From assembly GCA_017471405.1 (NCBI GenBank), contig JAFUTK010000052.1, positions 2,432-66,431 on the forward strand: DNA of 64,000 bases, read 5' to 3'. The notes beneath the pieces were generated by a model that was not told the origin of the DNA, did not search any database, and was given only the letters and a program-made list of their open reading frames with translations. The stretch comes from Ruminococcus sp. Its GTDB lineage: Bacteria > Bacillota > Clostridia > Oscillospirales > Ruminococcaceae. Below, in pieces: positions 39,055-48,500 of this stretch. A program made the position numbers and the translations under genes. How positions within the stretch are numbered: the first letter of the stretch is position 1; each line of letters starts with the position of its first letter.

Positions 39055-39090
39055 AAAAATCCGGAGGCGGGAACACCTCCGGATTTTTTT
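39055..39090 (+). terminator. Intrinsic terminator after spoVM
   Basis: aaaaatccggagg-cgggaaca-cctccggattttttt. Confidence 0.85.
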
Positions 39091-39096
39091 GCCCAC

Positions 39097-39297
39097 AAAA
39101 AAATCAATGCCTACTACTATCGGCTGTAATAAGCATTGATTTCCTATAGAATTATGAAAGGGATTTAGTTCGGAATATCATAAAACTTAAAGCTAAGCCT
39201 TTATACAGCTTTGCTGTATGAGGGAAGTGAGGTTCGGCGTGACTTTAAGTTTTATCATCCTCCGAGCTGCCTTAGAGAGCTCTTTCTCTCTTCGACA
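39097..39297 (-). ncRNA. Putative trans-acting small RNA (~200 nt)
   Basis: Minus-strand extended -10 (TGnTATTAT, 39311-39303); long stem 39180-39192/39243-39255; CU-rich linker; 17-bp terminator stem with G-U pairs that form only on the minus strand, followed by a U run. Confidence 0.65.
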
Positions 39298-39315
39298 TCT
39301 ATATAATATCAGGTC

Positions 39316-39335
39316 TGTGTGAACCGAATATGAAT
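39316..39335 (-). promoter_or_regulatory. HssR-like direct-repeat box at the sRNA promoter
   Basis: Minus strand ATTCATATT-CG-GTTCACACA, ending 7 nt before the -10. Confidence 0.6.
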
Positions 39336-39414
39336 TACAGGGTCATATTTCGGACTGTCGGGAAGAAATTATATGAACTTTCTGTAAAGAATTTTCGTAT
39401 AAAAGTTAAAGGCA

Positions 39415-39447
39415 GTTAATGACAAGTTCATATCTTACCGCTATAAT
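39415..39447 (+). promoter_or_regulatory. HssR-like box plus -10 of the two-component operon
   Basis: GTTAATGAC-AA-GTTCATATC, then 7 nt, then TATAAT (39442-39447). Confidence 0.55.
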
Positions 39448-39642
39448 AGGTGATGATATATTACTTGAAACAGTCTTTTATATCTATGCTTTCGGTTTGA
39501 TAATTTGAAATAAAGCGGGGAGCCTTCATTTCGGAAAAGGATATTATCTCCGCCTGCGGCGGATAAATACCCTTTTCCGGCGTAATACTTTGCAGATACA
39601 CAACCGGTAAAAAGAGAAAAGAAAAAGGGGAGTGAATGAAAA

Positions 39643-40320
39643 ATGTTCCAGATACTTATCGTCGAGGACGATGCATCGCTGCGAAAGCTGATGCACGCCG
39701 CCTTAAAGCAGAACGGCTATGAGCCCTATACCGCCGAGGACGGCGAGAAGGCTCTTGACCTGCTGGAAAAGACCAACATAGACCTGGTCATCTCCGATAT
39801 AATGATGCCCAATATGGACGGCTATGAGCTGACAGAGCAGCTGCGCCGCGCCAATTATAATTTCCCTATCCTGCTGGTCACCGCCAAGGAGACCTTTGAG
39901 GACAAACAGCGTGGCTTCAACGCCGGTGTTGACGACTATATGGTAAAGCCTATCGACGTAAACGAGATGATACTGCGGGTGGGGGCGCTGCTGCGCCGCT
40001 CAAAGATGGCCTCCGAGCATTCGTTGACTGTGGGCAGCTGTACGCTGGATTACGACGCCCAGTCTGTGAGCGTAAACTCCGGCAAGGCGGAGACTATCCC
40101 TCAGAAGGAGTTTATGCTGCTGTTCAAGCTGCTTTCCTACCCCAACAAGATATTCACCCGCCGCCAGCTGCTGGACGAGCTGTGGGGAATGGAGTCGGAG
40201 GTGGACGAGCGTACCGTTGATGTTCATATCAAGCGCCTGCGCGAGCGCTACAATGGCAACGGCAGCTTTGATATCGTAACAGTAAGAGGGCTCGGCTACA
40301 AGGCCGTGAAGCTGGTATGA
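39643..40320 (+). CDS. OmpR-family response regulator, HssR-like
   Basis: 'DIMMPNMDG', 'DDYMVKP', 'KEFMLLFKLLSYPNKIFTRRQL', 'RTVDVHIKRLR'. Confidence 0.93.
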   Translation: MFQILIVEDDASLRKLMHAALKQNGYEPYTAEDGEKALDLLEKTNIDLVISDIMMPNMDGYELTEQLRRANYNFPILLVTAKETFEDKQRGFNAGVDDYMVKPIDVNEMILRVGALLRRSKMASEHSLTVGSCTLDYDAQSVSVNSGKAETIPQKEFMLLFKLLSYPNKIFTRRQLLDELWGMESEVDERTVDVHIKRLRERYNGNGSFDIVTVRGLGYKAVKLV

Positions 40321-41651
40321 AGGATAAAGGGTATATGCAATTTACATTGCGTCTGAAAATAACGCTGATGTTTCTGGGAGTTATGATACTCTCTGCGCTG
40401 GCCTCAATGACTATCCTTGCTATGGTTTTCGGTCCCATTATGACCGAGAACTCCGAAACACAGGTAAAGGGTGCTGCCAACTCAATATTGCTGATGAGGC
40501 AGATGAATGTTGACAGCAAGAATATCCAGGATCTGCTTTCTATCCCTCCCATATATATTGAAGAGATAACTGCTGACAGCGAGGTTATTCAGAGCCGGAA
40601 ATATCAGATACAGTACGCTGAGTCGCAGGGCTCCTTTTATGTGGAGACCTCCGGCATCTTCCCTACCTCCACTCTTTATATGAGTAACGGCGACAAATAC
40701 ATCACCGTTAGCGCCCTTTCAAAGGACAATAACTATTGGGTGATATATTTCATAATTATGCTGTCCTTTATCATATGTGTTGTTATAGGAACGGTCATAA
40801 CCATTATTCTGACAAGAATGCTCTTAAAGCCTATCGACCAGCTCAACCGGGCTTCGTCGGAGGTGGCGAGGGGCAATTTCTCCGTCAGAGTTCCCGAGAA
40901 GGGACTCTCCGAGTACAGGAGCCTCCAGCGCAACTTCAACCGAATGGCAGAGGAGCTCTCCGGAACCGAGACCCTCCGCGGAGATTTCATCAGCAATGTC
41001 TCCCACGAGTTCAAGACACCGCTGGCTTCCATTCAGGGCTTTGCAAAGCTTTTGCAGGACGACAGCATTTCCGAGAGTGACAGAAAGGAATACACTCAGG
41101 TCATCATTGACGAGACGGTTCGCCTCTCCAAGCTGACCTCAAATATTCTCAATCTCTCCAAGCTGGAAAATCAGACCACCATTGCCAACAAGGTGCGCTT
41201 CTCGCTGGACGAGCAGATAAGGAAGATAATCCTTATGCTTGAGCCGGAGTGGTCGAAGAAGAACATTGATATGGACATTGCCCTTGACGACATCAGCTAC
41301 TACGGCAACGAGGAGCTGATGGGGCAGATCTGGCAGAATATAATCAACAACGCCATAAAGTTCACTCCCGTTGACGGGAAGATATCCGTCCACCTGTTCC
41401 AGACGGATGCAAACATAGTGGTGAAGATATCCGATAACGGCATTGGCATCTCCCACGAGGCAAAGGAAAAAATCTTCGAGAAATTCTATCAGGGCGACCA
41501 CTCTCGCAAGACCGAGGGCAACGGTCTGGGTCTGGCATTGGTAAAGAGGATAATCGACCTCTGCAACGGCAAGGTCTATGTGGAAAATCTCTTTGAGGGA
41601 GGCGTCTGCTTTACGGTGGAGCTGCCCTTCGTCATCGGAGATATGATGTAA
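40317..41651 (+). CDS. Sensor histidine kinase, HssS-like
   Basis: 2 TM, HAMP, 'NVSHEFKTPL', 'NAIKF', 'GNGLGL'. Confidence 0.93.
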   Translation: MKDKGYMQFTLRLKITLMFLGVMILSALASMTILAMVFGPIMTENSETQVKGAANSILLMRQMNVDSKNIQDLLSIPPIYIEEITADSEVIQSRKYQIQYAESQGSFYVETSGIFPTSTLYMSNGDKYITVSALSKDNNYWVIYFIIMLSFIICVVIGTVITIILTRMLLKPIDQLNRASSEVARGNFSVRVPEKGLSEYRSLQRNFNRMAEELSGTETLRGDFISNVSHEFKTPLASIQGFAKLLQDDSISESDRKEYTQVIIDETVRLSKLTSNILNLSKLENQTTIANKVRFSLDEQIRKIILMLEPEWSKKNIDMDIALDDISYYGNEELMGQIWQNIINNAIKFTPVDGKISVHLFQTDANIVVKISDNGIGISHEAKEKIFEKFYQGDHSRKTEGNGLGLALVKRIIDLCNGKVYVENLFEGGVCFTVELPFVIGDMM

Positions 41652-41669
41652 AAAAGCAAGGCGATAACT

Positions 41670-42338
41670 ATGACACTCTCACAGACGGATATTGACCGCG
41701 GGCTCATCTATATGGGCAGCCGCGGAAGGGACGTGACAGACCTTATGCCGCTGGTGACCCGCTGCGCCGGGGAGCTGGGCGAGGCTGCCGCCCCCCTTTA
41801 TATCTACAAATATTTCGACATTGAATTTACCGGTGAGGGCATTGCCCTTAAGGGCACAGAGCTCACCCTTTCGGGGGAGTCCATAAGGGCACATCTTAAC
41901 GGGTGCAGGGGCTGTATAGTCCTGTGCGCTACGCTCTCGGCTGGCGCAGATAAGCTGATACGCACTCTTTCCGCCTACGATATGGCGGCGTCCTTCGTGA
42001 CCGACTGCCTTGCAAGCTCCGCCATTGAATCGGTCTGTGACGAGGCGGAGCAGGAGATGAGAGAGCGTCTGTCGGATAAATTCCTGACCTGGCGCTTTTC
42101 TCCCGGCTACGGCGACCTGCCCCTGACCTTACAGCCCCCGCTGGTGTCGCTGTTGGACGCACAGAAGCGCATAGGTCTCACCGTCACCGACAGCCTGATG
42201 CTGGTGCCGTCAAAATCAGTTACCGCAATCATCGGAGTTTCGGACAAGGAGCTTCCGAGAAAAGTTAGAGGCTGCACGTCCTGCAATATGTACGACAGCT
42301 GCAAATTCCGCAAAGGAGGAGATCACTGTGGAGCTTAA
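41670..42338 (+). CDS. Stand-alone B12-dependent methionine synthase activation domain
   Basis: 'RFSPGYGD', 'PSKSVTAIIG', C-terminal CxxCxxxxxC. Confidence 0.88.
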   Translation: MTLSQTDIDRGLIYMGSRGRDVTDLMPLVTRCAGELGEAAAPLYIYKYFDIEFTGEGIALKGTELTLSGESIRAHLNGCRGCIVLCATLSAGADKLIRTLSAYDMAASFVTDCLASSAIESVCDEAEQEMRERLSDKFLTWRFSPGYGDLPLTLQPPLVSLLDAQKRIGLTVTDSLMLVPSKSVTAIIGVSDKELPRKVRGCTSCNMYDSCKFRKGGDHCGA

Positions 42339-44697
42339 GGCCCTGCTTGAAAGAAAAGAATTTGTTTACCTGGACGGAGCAATGGGCACCATGCTCTTTG
42401 ACAAGGGTCTCAAAATGGGTGAGATACCGGAGCTGCTCAACCTTACTAAGCCGGAGTGGATAATAGATATCCATAGGCAGTATATCGAGGCGGGCTCGGA
42501 TATCGTCTACGCCAACACCTTCGGCGCTAACCGCTATAAGCTCTCCCGCAGCGGAAAAACAGTTGATGAGGTAGTCCGCGCTGCTATCAAAAATGCAAAG
42601 CAGGCCGCGGAGGGAGCAAATGCTTATGTCGCTCTGGACGTGGGGCCCATAGGCCAGCTGCTGGAGCCCGCCGGAACCCTTTCCTTCGAGGAGGCCTACG
42701 ACATCTTCAAGGAGATTGTCATAGCCGGCGAGGAGGCCGACCTCATCGTGTTCGAGACTATGACCGACCTCTACGAGCTGAAGGCGGCAGTGCTGGCGGC
42801 AAAGGAGAATTCCGACAAGCCAATCATCACCACTATGACCTTTGAGCGCAACGGCAGAACCTTTACCGGCTGCAGCGTCAGCGCTATGGCATACACCCTT
42901 GAGGGTCTGGGCGTGGACGCTATGGGAATAAACTGCTCGCTGGGACCCAAGGAGCTGATGCCCCTGGTGGAGGAGCTGGCAAAGGACACCTCTCTGCCTA
43001 TAGTCTTAAAGCCCAACGCCGGTCTGCCCGACACCATAACAGGGGAGTACAGCATCGACGAATATGAATTTGCCGAGCTTATGACCGAGCTTATCCCACT
43101 GGGCGTGAAGATAGTCGGGGGCTGCTGCGGCACCTCTCCCGCATTTATTAGAGAGCTGAAAAAGGCATTTGATGTTAAGGAGTATCGCAAGCCTCTGCCG
43201 AGCCTCAAATCAGTCTGCTGCACGCCTGCCAACACGGTGTTCATCGACCAGCCGAGAGTTATCGGCGAGCGCATAAACCCCACCGGCAAAAAGCGCTTCA
43301 AGGAGGCGCTGCTGAATAACGATATCGACTATATCCTCTCGCAGGCGATAGAGCAGGTGCACGCCGGAGCGGATATCCTGGACGTCAATGTGGGACTTCC
43401 CGGAATTGACGAGAAGGCTATGATGGTGCGAGCCGTCATGGCCTTACAAGAGGTAGTAGACCTGCCCTTACAGCTTGACTCCACCGTACCGGAGGTACTG
43501 GAGGCGGGCCTGCGGGTCTACAACGGCAAGCCCATAGTCAACTCCGTCAACGGCGAGGAGAAATCCCTGTCCACAGTGCTGCCTCTGGTGAAGAAGTACG
43601 GCGCCGCGGTGGTGGGACTGTGTCTTGACGAGGAGGGCATACCCAAGACCGCCGAAAAGCGCTTTGAGATAGCCAGCCGCATTGTCTCCCGGGCGGAGGC
43701 TATAGGCATCTCCCGACGGAACGTTTTCATCGACTGCCTGACCCTTACCGCCTCCGCCGAGCAGGAGGGCGTAATGGAGACGCTGAACGCTCTTGAGCGT
43801 GTCAGAAAGGAGCTGGGCTGTCAGACGGTGCTGGGTGTGTCCAACATCAGCTTCGGACTTCCCGCAAGGGAGATAGTCAACTCCAACTTCTTAACTATGG
43901 CGCTGACCAAGGGGCTGACCCTTCCTATCATCAATCCCAACATAGCGGCGATGATGCAGTCGGTGAGAAGCTACAAGCTGCTGGCAAACTTCGACGTGGG
44001 CTCGGTGGATTTCATCTCCCACTACGGCAGCACCACTCCCCAGCCCTCCGCACCCGCTCCCGCAGAGGGTGGGAATCAGAACGACCTCCCCTACGCCATA
44101 GCCAACGGCCTTAAGGGCGAGGGCGCGAGGATAACCCGGGAGCTTTTAAAGACCACAGATGCAATGGAGATAATCAACGGCCTGCTGATACCGGCTTTGG
44201 ATAAGACCGGCAGCGATTTCGAGTCCGGCAGGATATTCCTTCCCCAGCTGATACAGTCGGCGGGAGTGGCGCAGAGCTGCTTTGAGGTCATCAAGGAGCA
44301 TCTGGCGGCATCGGGAGTCAAGTCGGAGAGCAAGGGCAAGATAGTCCTCGCCACCGTCAAGGGCGACGTTCACGACATCGGCAAGAACATCGTGAAGGTG
44401 CTGCTGGAAAACTACGGCTACGACGTTATCGACCTTGGCAAGGACGTTGACTGCCAGCTGGTAGTGGACACCGCCATAAAGGAGGACGTTCATCTTGTGG
44501 GTCTCTCGGCGCTGATGACAACCACCCTTCCCAGCATGGAGACGACAATAAAGCTCCTGCGTGAGCAGCACCCTGACTGCAAGGTAATGGTGGGAGGCGC
44601 CGTTCTCACCCCCGACTATGCCGAATCCATCGGCGCAGATTACTACGCAAGGGACGCCAAGGAAAGCTGCGACATTGCAAAGATAGTTTTAGGATAA
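42328..44697 (+). CDS. metH: Cobalamin-dependent methionine synthase (homocysteine-, folate- and B12-binding domains)
   Basis: 'LDGAMGT', 'GGCCGT', 'IGERINPTG', B12 motif GDVHDIGKN, 'GLSALMTTT'. Confidence 0.95.
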   Translation: MELKALLERKEFVYLDGAMGTMLFDKGLKMGEIPELLNLTKPEWIIDIHRQYIEAGSDIVYANTFGANRYKLSRSGKTVDEVVRAAIKNAKQAAEGANAYVALDVGPIGQLLEPAGTLSFEEAYDIFKEIVIAGEEADLIVFETMTDLYELKAAVLAAKENSDKPIITTMTFERNGRTFTGCSVSAMAYTLEGLGVDAMGINCSLGPKELMPLVEELAKDTSLPIVLKPNAGLPDTITGEYSIDEYEFAELMTELIPLGVKIVGGCCGTSPAFIRELKKAFDVKEYRKPLPSLKSVCCTPANTVFIDQPRVIGERINPTGKKRFKEALLNNDIDYILSQAIEQVHAGADILDVNVGLPGIDEKAMMVRAVMALQEVVDLPLQLDSTVPEVLEAGLRVYNGKPIVNSVNGEEKSLSTVLPLVKKYGAAVVGLCLDEEGIPKTAEKRFEIASRIVSRAEAIGISRRNVFIDCLTLTASAEQEGVMETLNALERVRKELGCQTVLGVSNISFGLPAREIVNSNFLTMALTKGLTLPIINPNIAAMMQSVRSYKLLANFDVGSVDFISHYGSTTPQPSAPAPAEGGNQNDLPYAIANGLKGEGARITRELLKTTDAMEIINGLLIPALDKTGSDFESGRIFLPQLIQSAGVAQSCFEVIKEHLAASGVKSESKGKIVLATVKGDVHDIGKNIVKVLLENYGYDVIDLGKDVDCQLVVDTAIKEDVHLVGLSALMTTTLPSMETTIKLLREQHPDCKVMVGGAVLTPDYAESIGADYYARDAKESCDIAKIVLG

Positions 44698-44703
44698 TGC
44701 ATC

Positions 44704-44738
44704 AAAGCATACTCCCCCCAACGGGGGAGTATGCTTTT
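44704..44738 (+). terminator. Intrinsic terminator after metH
   Basis: aaagcatactccccc / gggggagtatgcttt stem followed by T. Confidence 0.85.
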
Positions 44739-44844
44739 ACGGAATTTTGCCGAGCCGCCGTCAGGCGGCTCGGCAATTCTCCCTATAACTGAATAAAACC
44801 GCCAAAAGCTCCGATAATCTTATCAGATGAAAGGAGCTGTTTTT

Positions 44845-45048
44845 ATGTCCATAATTTCCAAAGTAAAGCCCGCCGCCGCGGCGGGGATATGCGCCGCCAT
44901 AATGCTCACCTCCCCCGGCCTTGACCGCCTGCTGTTCACCCTTTTCCCCCGCTTCCTGCCCTCCTTTGCCGTCACGGAGGAAACGGGCACCGATGAAGTG
45001 ACCTACAGCTTTTTCCTCTGGGACATTATAAAGGGGTTTTTTGATTAA
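44845..45048 (+). CDS. Small hypothetical protein (67 aa)
   Basis: RBS aaaggag then ATG 44845; hydrophobic N-terminus. Confidence 0.6.
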   Translation: MSIISKVKPAAAAGICAAIMLTSPGLDRLLFTLFPRFLPSFAVTEETGTDEVTYSFFLWDIIKGFFD

Positions 45049-45081
45049 GTCCGTTTTATCGGACACTTGCCCCGGCAGCTA

Positions 45082-45110
45082 TTGACAGGTATCTGAGGCT
45101 GTGATAAAAT
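45082..45110 (+). promoter_or_regulatory. SigA promoter upstream of the addBA leader
   Basis: TTGACA-N17-TAAAAT with an extended TG. Confidence 0.65.
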
Positions 45111-45153
45111 ATTTACAGTGGGGTCATGCTCGCTTTCCCGCGCACAAGCTGTT

Positions 45154-45500
45154 GTAGGGCGGGGGCTTGTCCCCGCCGCATTTGCCTATTATTTTTTCGC
45201 CGGAGAAGGGTATTATCACCCGGCGCCCCCCACTTTGTGCGCTTAGGTACGGAAAAATTGGTCGCTGCGCTCCCTCTTTTCCTGCGAGTGCAGAGCTGTT
45301 CACTTTCGGCGCTGCGGAATTGCTGTGTTCTTGTAGCTGTGCAGAGGTTGGAAAAGGTGGCGTCTTTTTGTTGCTTTGCGCAGCGCCCTGTCGCGGCTAG
45401 CCGCGACAGTTGGGGCTCTGCCCCAAACCCCGCTGGGGCTTTGCCCCAGACCCCACCAGGGGGCACTGCCCGCCCCTTGGACCCGGGGCGATGCGCTTCG
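45154..45500. repeat. Cluster of REP-like palindromes
   Basis: GTAG-ggcgggg-gcttgt-ccccgcc (45154-45177); perfect 22-bp palindrome (45388-45409); two tandem 23-bp ggggctYtgccccaRacccc units (45412-45457). Confidence 0.7.
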
Positions 45501-45546
45501 CGTTCGTTCTCTCAACTGTTATCATATCTTAAAAGCAGGTGTTATT

Positions 45547-48500
45547 ATGCTTCATCTCATTACCGGTGCTTCCCCCGATGAGCGCTCCCGCGCCTTCTGC
45601 GAAGCCCTCAAAGCCGCACCCTCAAACGCCCCCGCTCTCGTCATCGTCCCAGACCAGTATTCCTACGAGAGCGAGAAAAGGCTTTACAACGCCCTCGGCG
45701 CTGCGCGGTTCAATTCCATCGGCACCGCCGGCTTCAACCGCCTCGCTGAGCTAATCGCCAAAAGCTGCGGACGTCACGAGCTCCGCACCGCTCAGGACAA
45801 CTCCCGCCTTATCGCTATGTACCGCGCTGTCCGTCGCTTCCGCGAGGACAAGTCTGCCCTGTTTTACAAGCGTTCATTGGAGAAGGGACGCTTTATCGGC
45901 GAGATGATCTCCCTCGTCACCGAGCTGCTGCGCTCCGGCGTTACCCCGGAGGATCTCCGCGCTGCCGCCGACCGCCTTTCCGGCAGTCTTTCCCGCAAGC
46001 TCTGCGACCTGGCGGCTATCTACACCTACTACCTCGAAGCGCTCACCGCCGCAGGACTAAAGGAGAGCATCACCGCCATTGGCGATGCCTACGCCCTCGC
46101 CCGGGACAGCGGCTATTTTAACGGTGCTAATATCTTCATCGACGGCTTCACATCATTTACATATGACGAGTACAGAATGATAGGCTGTATGCTCTCGCAG
46201 GCGGCATCCGTTACCGTTTCGCTGATGTACCCCGGCGCCACTCCGGAGGACACCTTCGCTGTTACCGCTCTCACCGCCGACAGGCTGACTGCTCTGGCAG
46301 GGGAGCATAAGTCGCAGGTGAGCCTCACCCCCTGCCCCGAGAGCGCATCAAGCGAGCCTATCGGGGCGCTGGGAGCATATTACCGCACCGGCGAACTCCC
46401 GCAGGTGAAAGCAGGGGAGAGCATCAGCATATTATCCGGCAACGACGTTTACGACGAGGCCGAGTTCATCTGCTCGGAGATAGTCCGGCTCATCAGGGAT
46501 AAGGGCTACACCCCCAAGGACTTCGCCGTCGCCGCCAGAGAGCCAAATGCGGTGGCGGGAGTGCTGGAGGGCACCTTCGAGCGCTACGGTCTGCCTTGCT
46601 TTATCGACCGCAAGCTGCCCGCCGACTTGTCTGTCATAGTCATATTCTTCGACAGTCTTTTTGAGTGCGCTTTGGGTAAGGAGTACCGCACCGACGCCAT
46701 ACTCCGCTACATACGCTCGCCCCTTTGTCCCATGTTCGATTTCGACACCGCCGCCATTGAGGATTACTGCATCACCTACGATGTGCGGGGGGATATGTGG
46801 CGGCAGCCCTTCTGCGCTCATGATGAGAAAAACCGTGTCTCCCCCAGACTGGAGGAGCTTCGTAAAAAGATCATAGACCCGCTGGACAAATTCCGCGCCG
46901 CGGCTGCTGACGCCACCGCCGGAGAGATCTGCGAGGCACTCTTTGAGCTGCTCTCGGAGATAGACGTTTCAAGGCAGGTCTATTCGGTGGTGAAGAGAGC
47001 ATCCACCTCCGGCAACGAGACCCAGCTTGAACTTGCCCGCTCCAACAAGCAGCTGTGGCAGTCGGTTCTGGGAGCCGTCACCGCCATATACGAGGAGATG
47101 GGCAGCGAGAAGCTCTCCCTGCGGAGATTTTACGAGCTGTTCAGACTGATGACCTCCCAGATGTCTCTGTCAAATCCTCCCCAGAAGCTGGAATCGGTGA
47201 GGATAGTCAACGCCGAGAGCTCCCGCCTTGACGACGTAAAGGTGCTGTTTTTGCTGGGCGCCAATGAGGGAGTATTTCCCGCCGAGCCCAAAAGCGGCGG
47301 CCTTTTTACCGAGTTTGAAAAGCAGCAGCTCTCCGATGTGGAGATAGAGCTGGGCGGCACAGCTATGCTCTCGGCGCAGAACGAACGCCTTGTGGTCTAT
47401 CAGACCCTTACCCGTCCCAAGGAGAAGCTGTACATCACCTATTCCGAGACCGACGGCCGCGGCAAGCTGAAAAAGCCCTCACCGGTGGTGGGCAGGATAC
47501 TCTCCCTCTTTCCAGATATAGAAGTGGGGCGCATATCCGAGCTGCCGCTCTCCTTCTTCTGCATCTCCCCCCGCACCGCTTACTACAAGTATCTCGAGCG
47601 CTCCAAGGACGCTCTGGCGGTCATCACTCAGCCGGAGCTGATGAACGAGGACAGGGCAAGGCTCATAGCCCAGCGCAAGCACATTGCAGATGAAGTCGCC
47701 GCAGTGGAGCAGGCGCTGCGCTCCAAGCAGGAGTATGCCTCCAAGCTGGACGCTCTCCCCGAATACAGTGCCTTCCGGGATTTCAAGATCAGTCCCGCCT
47801 CCGCTGCGGGACTGTTCGGCAAGGAGAAGCTCTACCTCTCCGCCTCCCGCATCAACGACTTCTATTACTGCCCCTTCAAATTCTTCTGTCAGCACGGCCT
47901 GAAGCTGAGGGTGCCCCGCAAGATAGCCCTTGACCACATCAACAAGGGCAACTATCTCCACCGCTGCATTGAAGCTGTGATGACCTCAGACAAGGACGGC
48001 GAGAGGGTCTATAACAACAACTTCCCCTACTTTACAGAAGAGCAGCTGAAAGAAAAGATACACTCCGCTTTCCTTGCCTTCGAGGCCGGAGAGCTGGGCG
48101 GCAGCTACGGCAAGACCCCCTCCTACTATGCGGAGCTGGAGGAGTACGAGCGCACCGTCTTTGAGAATATCCGGCTGATACAGAAGGAGTTCTCCGACTC
48201 CCGCTTTATCCCCGAGCTGTTCGAGTACAGCCTCACCAAGGAGGACGGCAGCAGCCTGCTTTCGCTTAAAATTTCCGACGAGCTTTCCGTTGAGCTCCGG
48301 GGCAGCATCGACAGAGTTGACACCTACACCGATGAAGCCGGCAAAAAATATGTCCGCATCGTGGATTACAAGACCGGCAGCACAACTCTTAAATTGGAGG
48401 CGCTCTATCACGGGCTGAATTTGCAGATGCTCATCTACCTGTTGGCGCTTACCGACAGCGGAGAAACCGACCCCGCCGGCGTGCAGTACTCCCATATCAG

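Noticed and set aside
45376-45546. 57-aa N-terminal extension of AddB in the ORF track, and overlapping ORFs at 45113-45581
   Set aside because: These are translations of GC-rich palindromic repeats; AddB-like sequence begins at ATG 45547.
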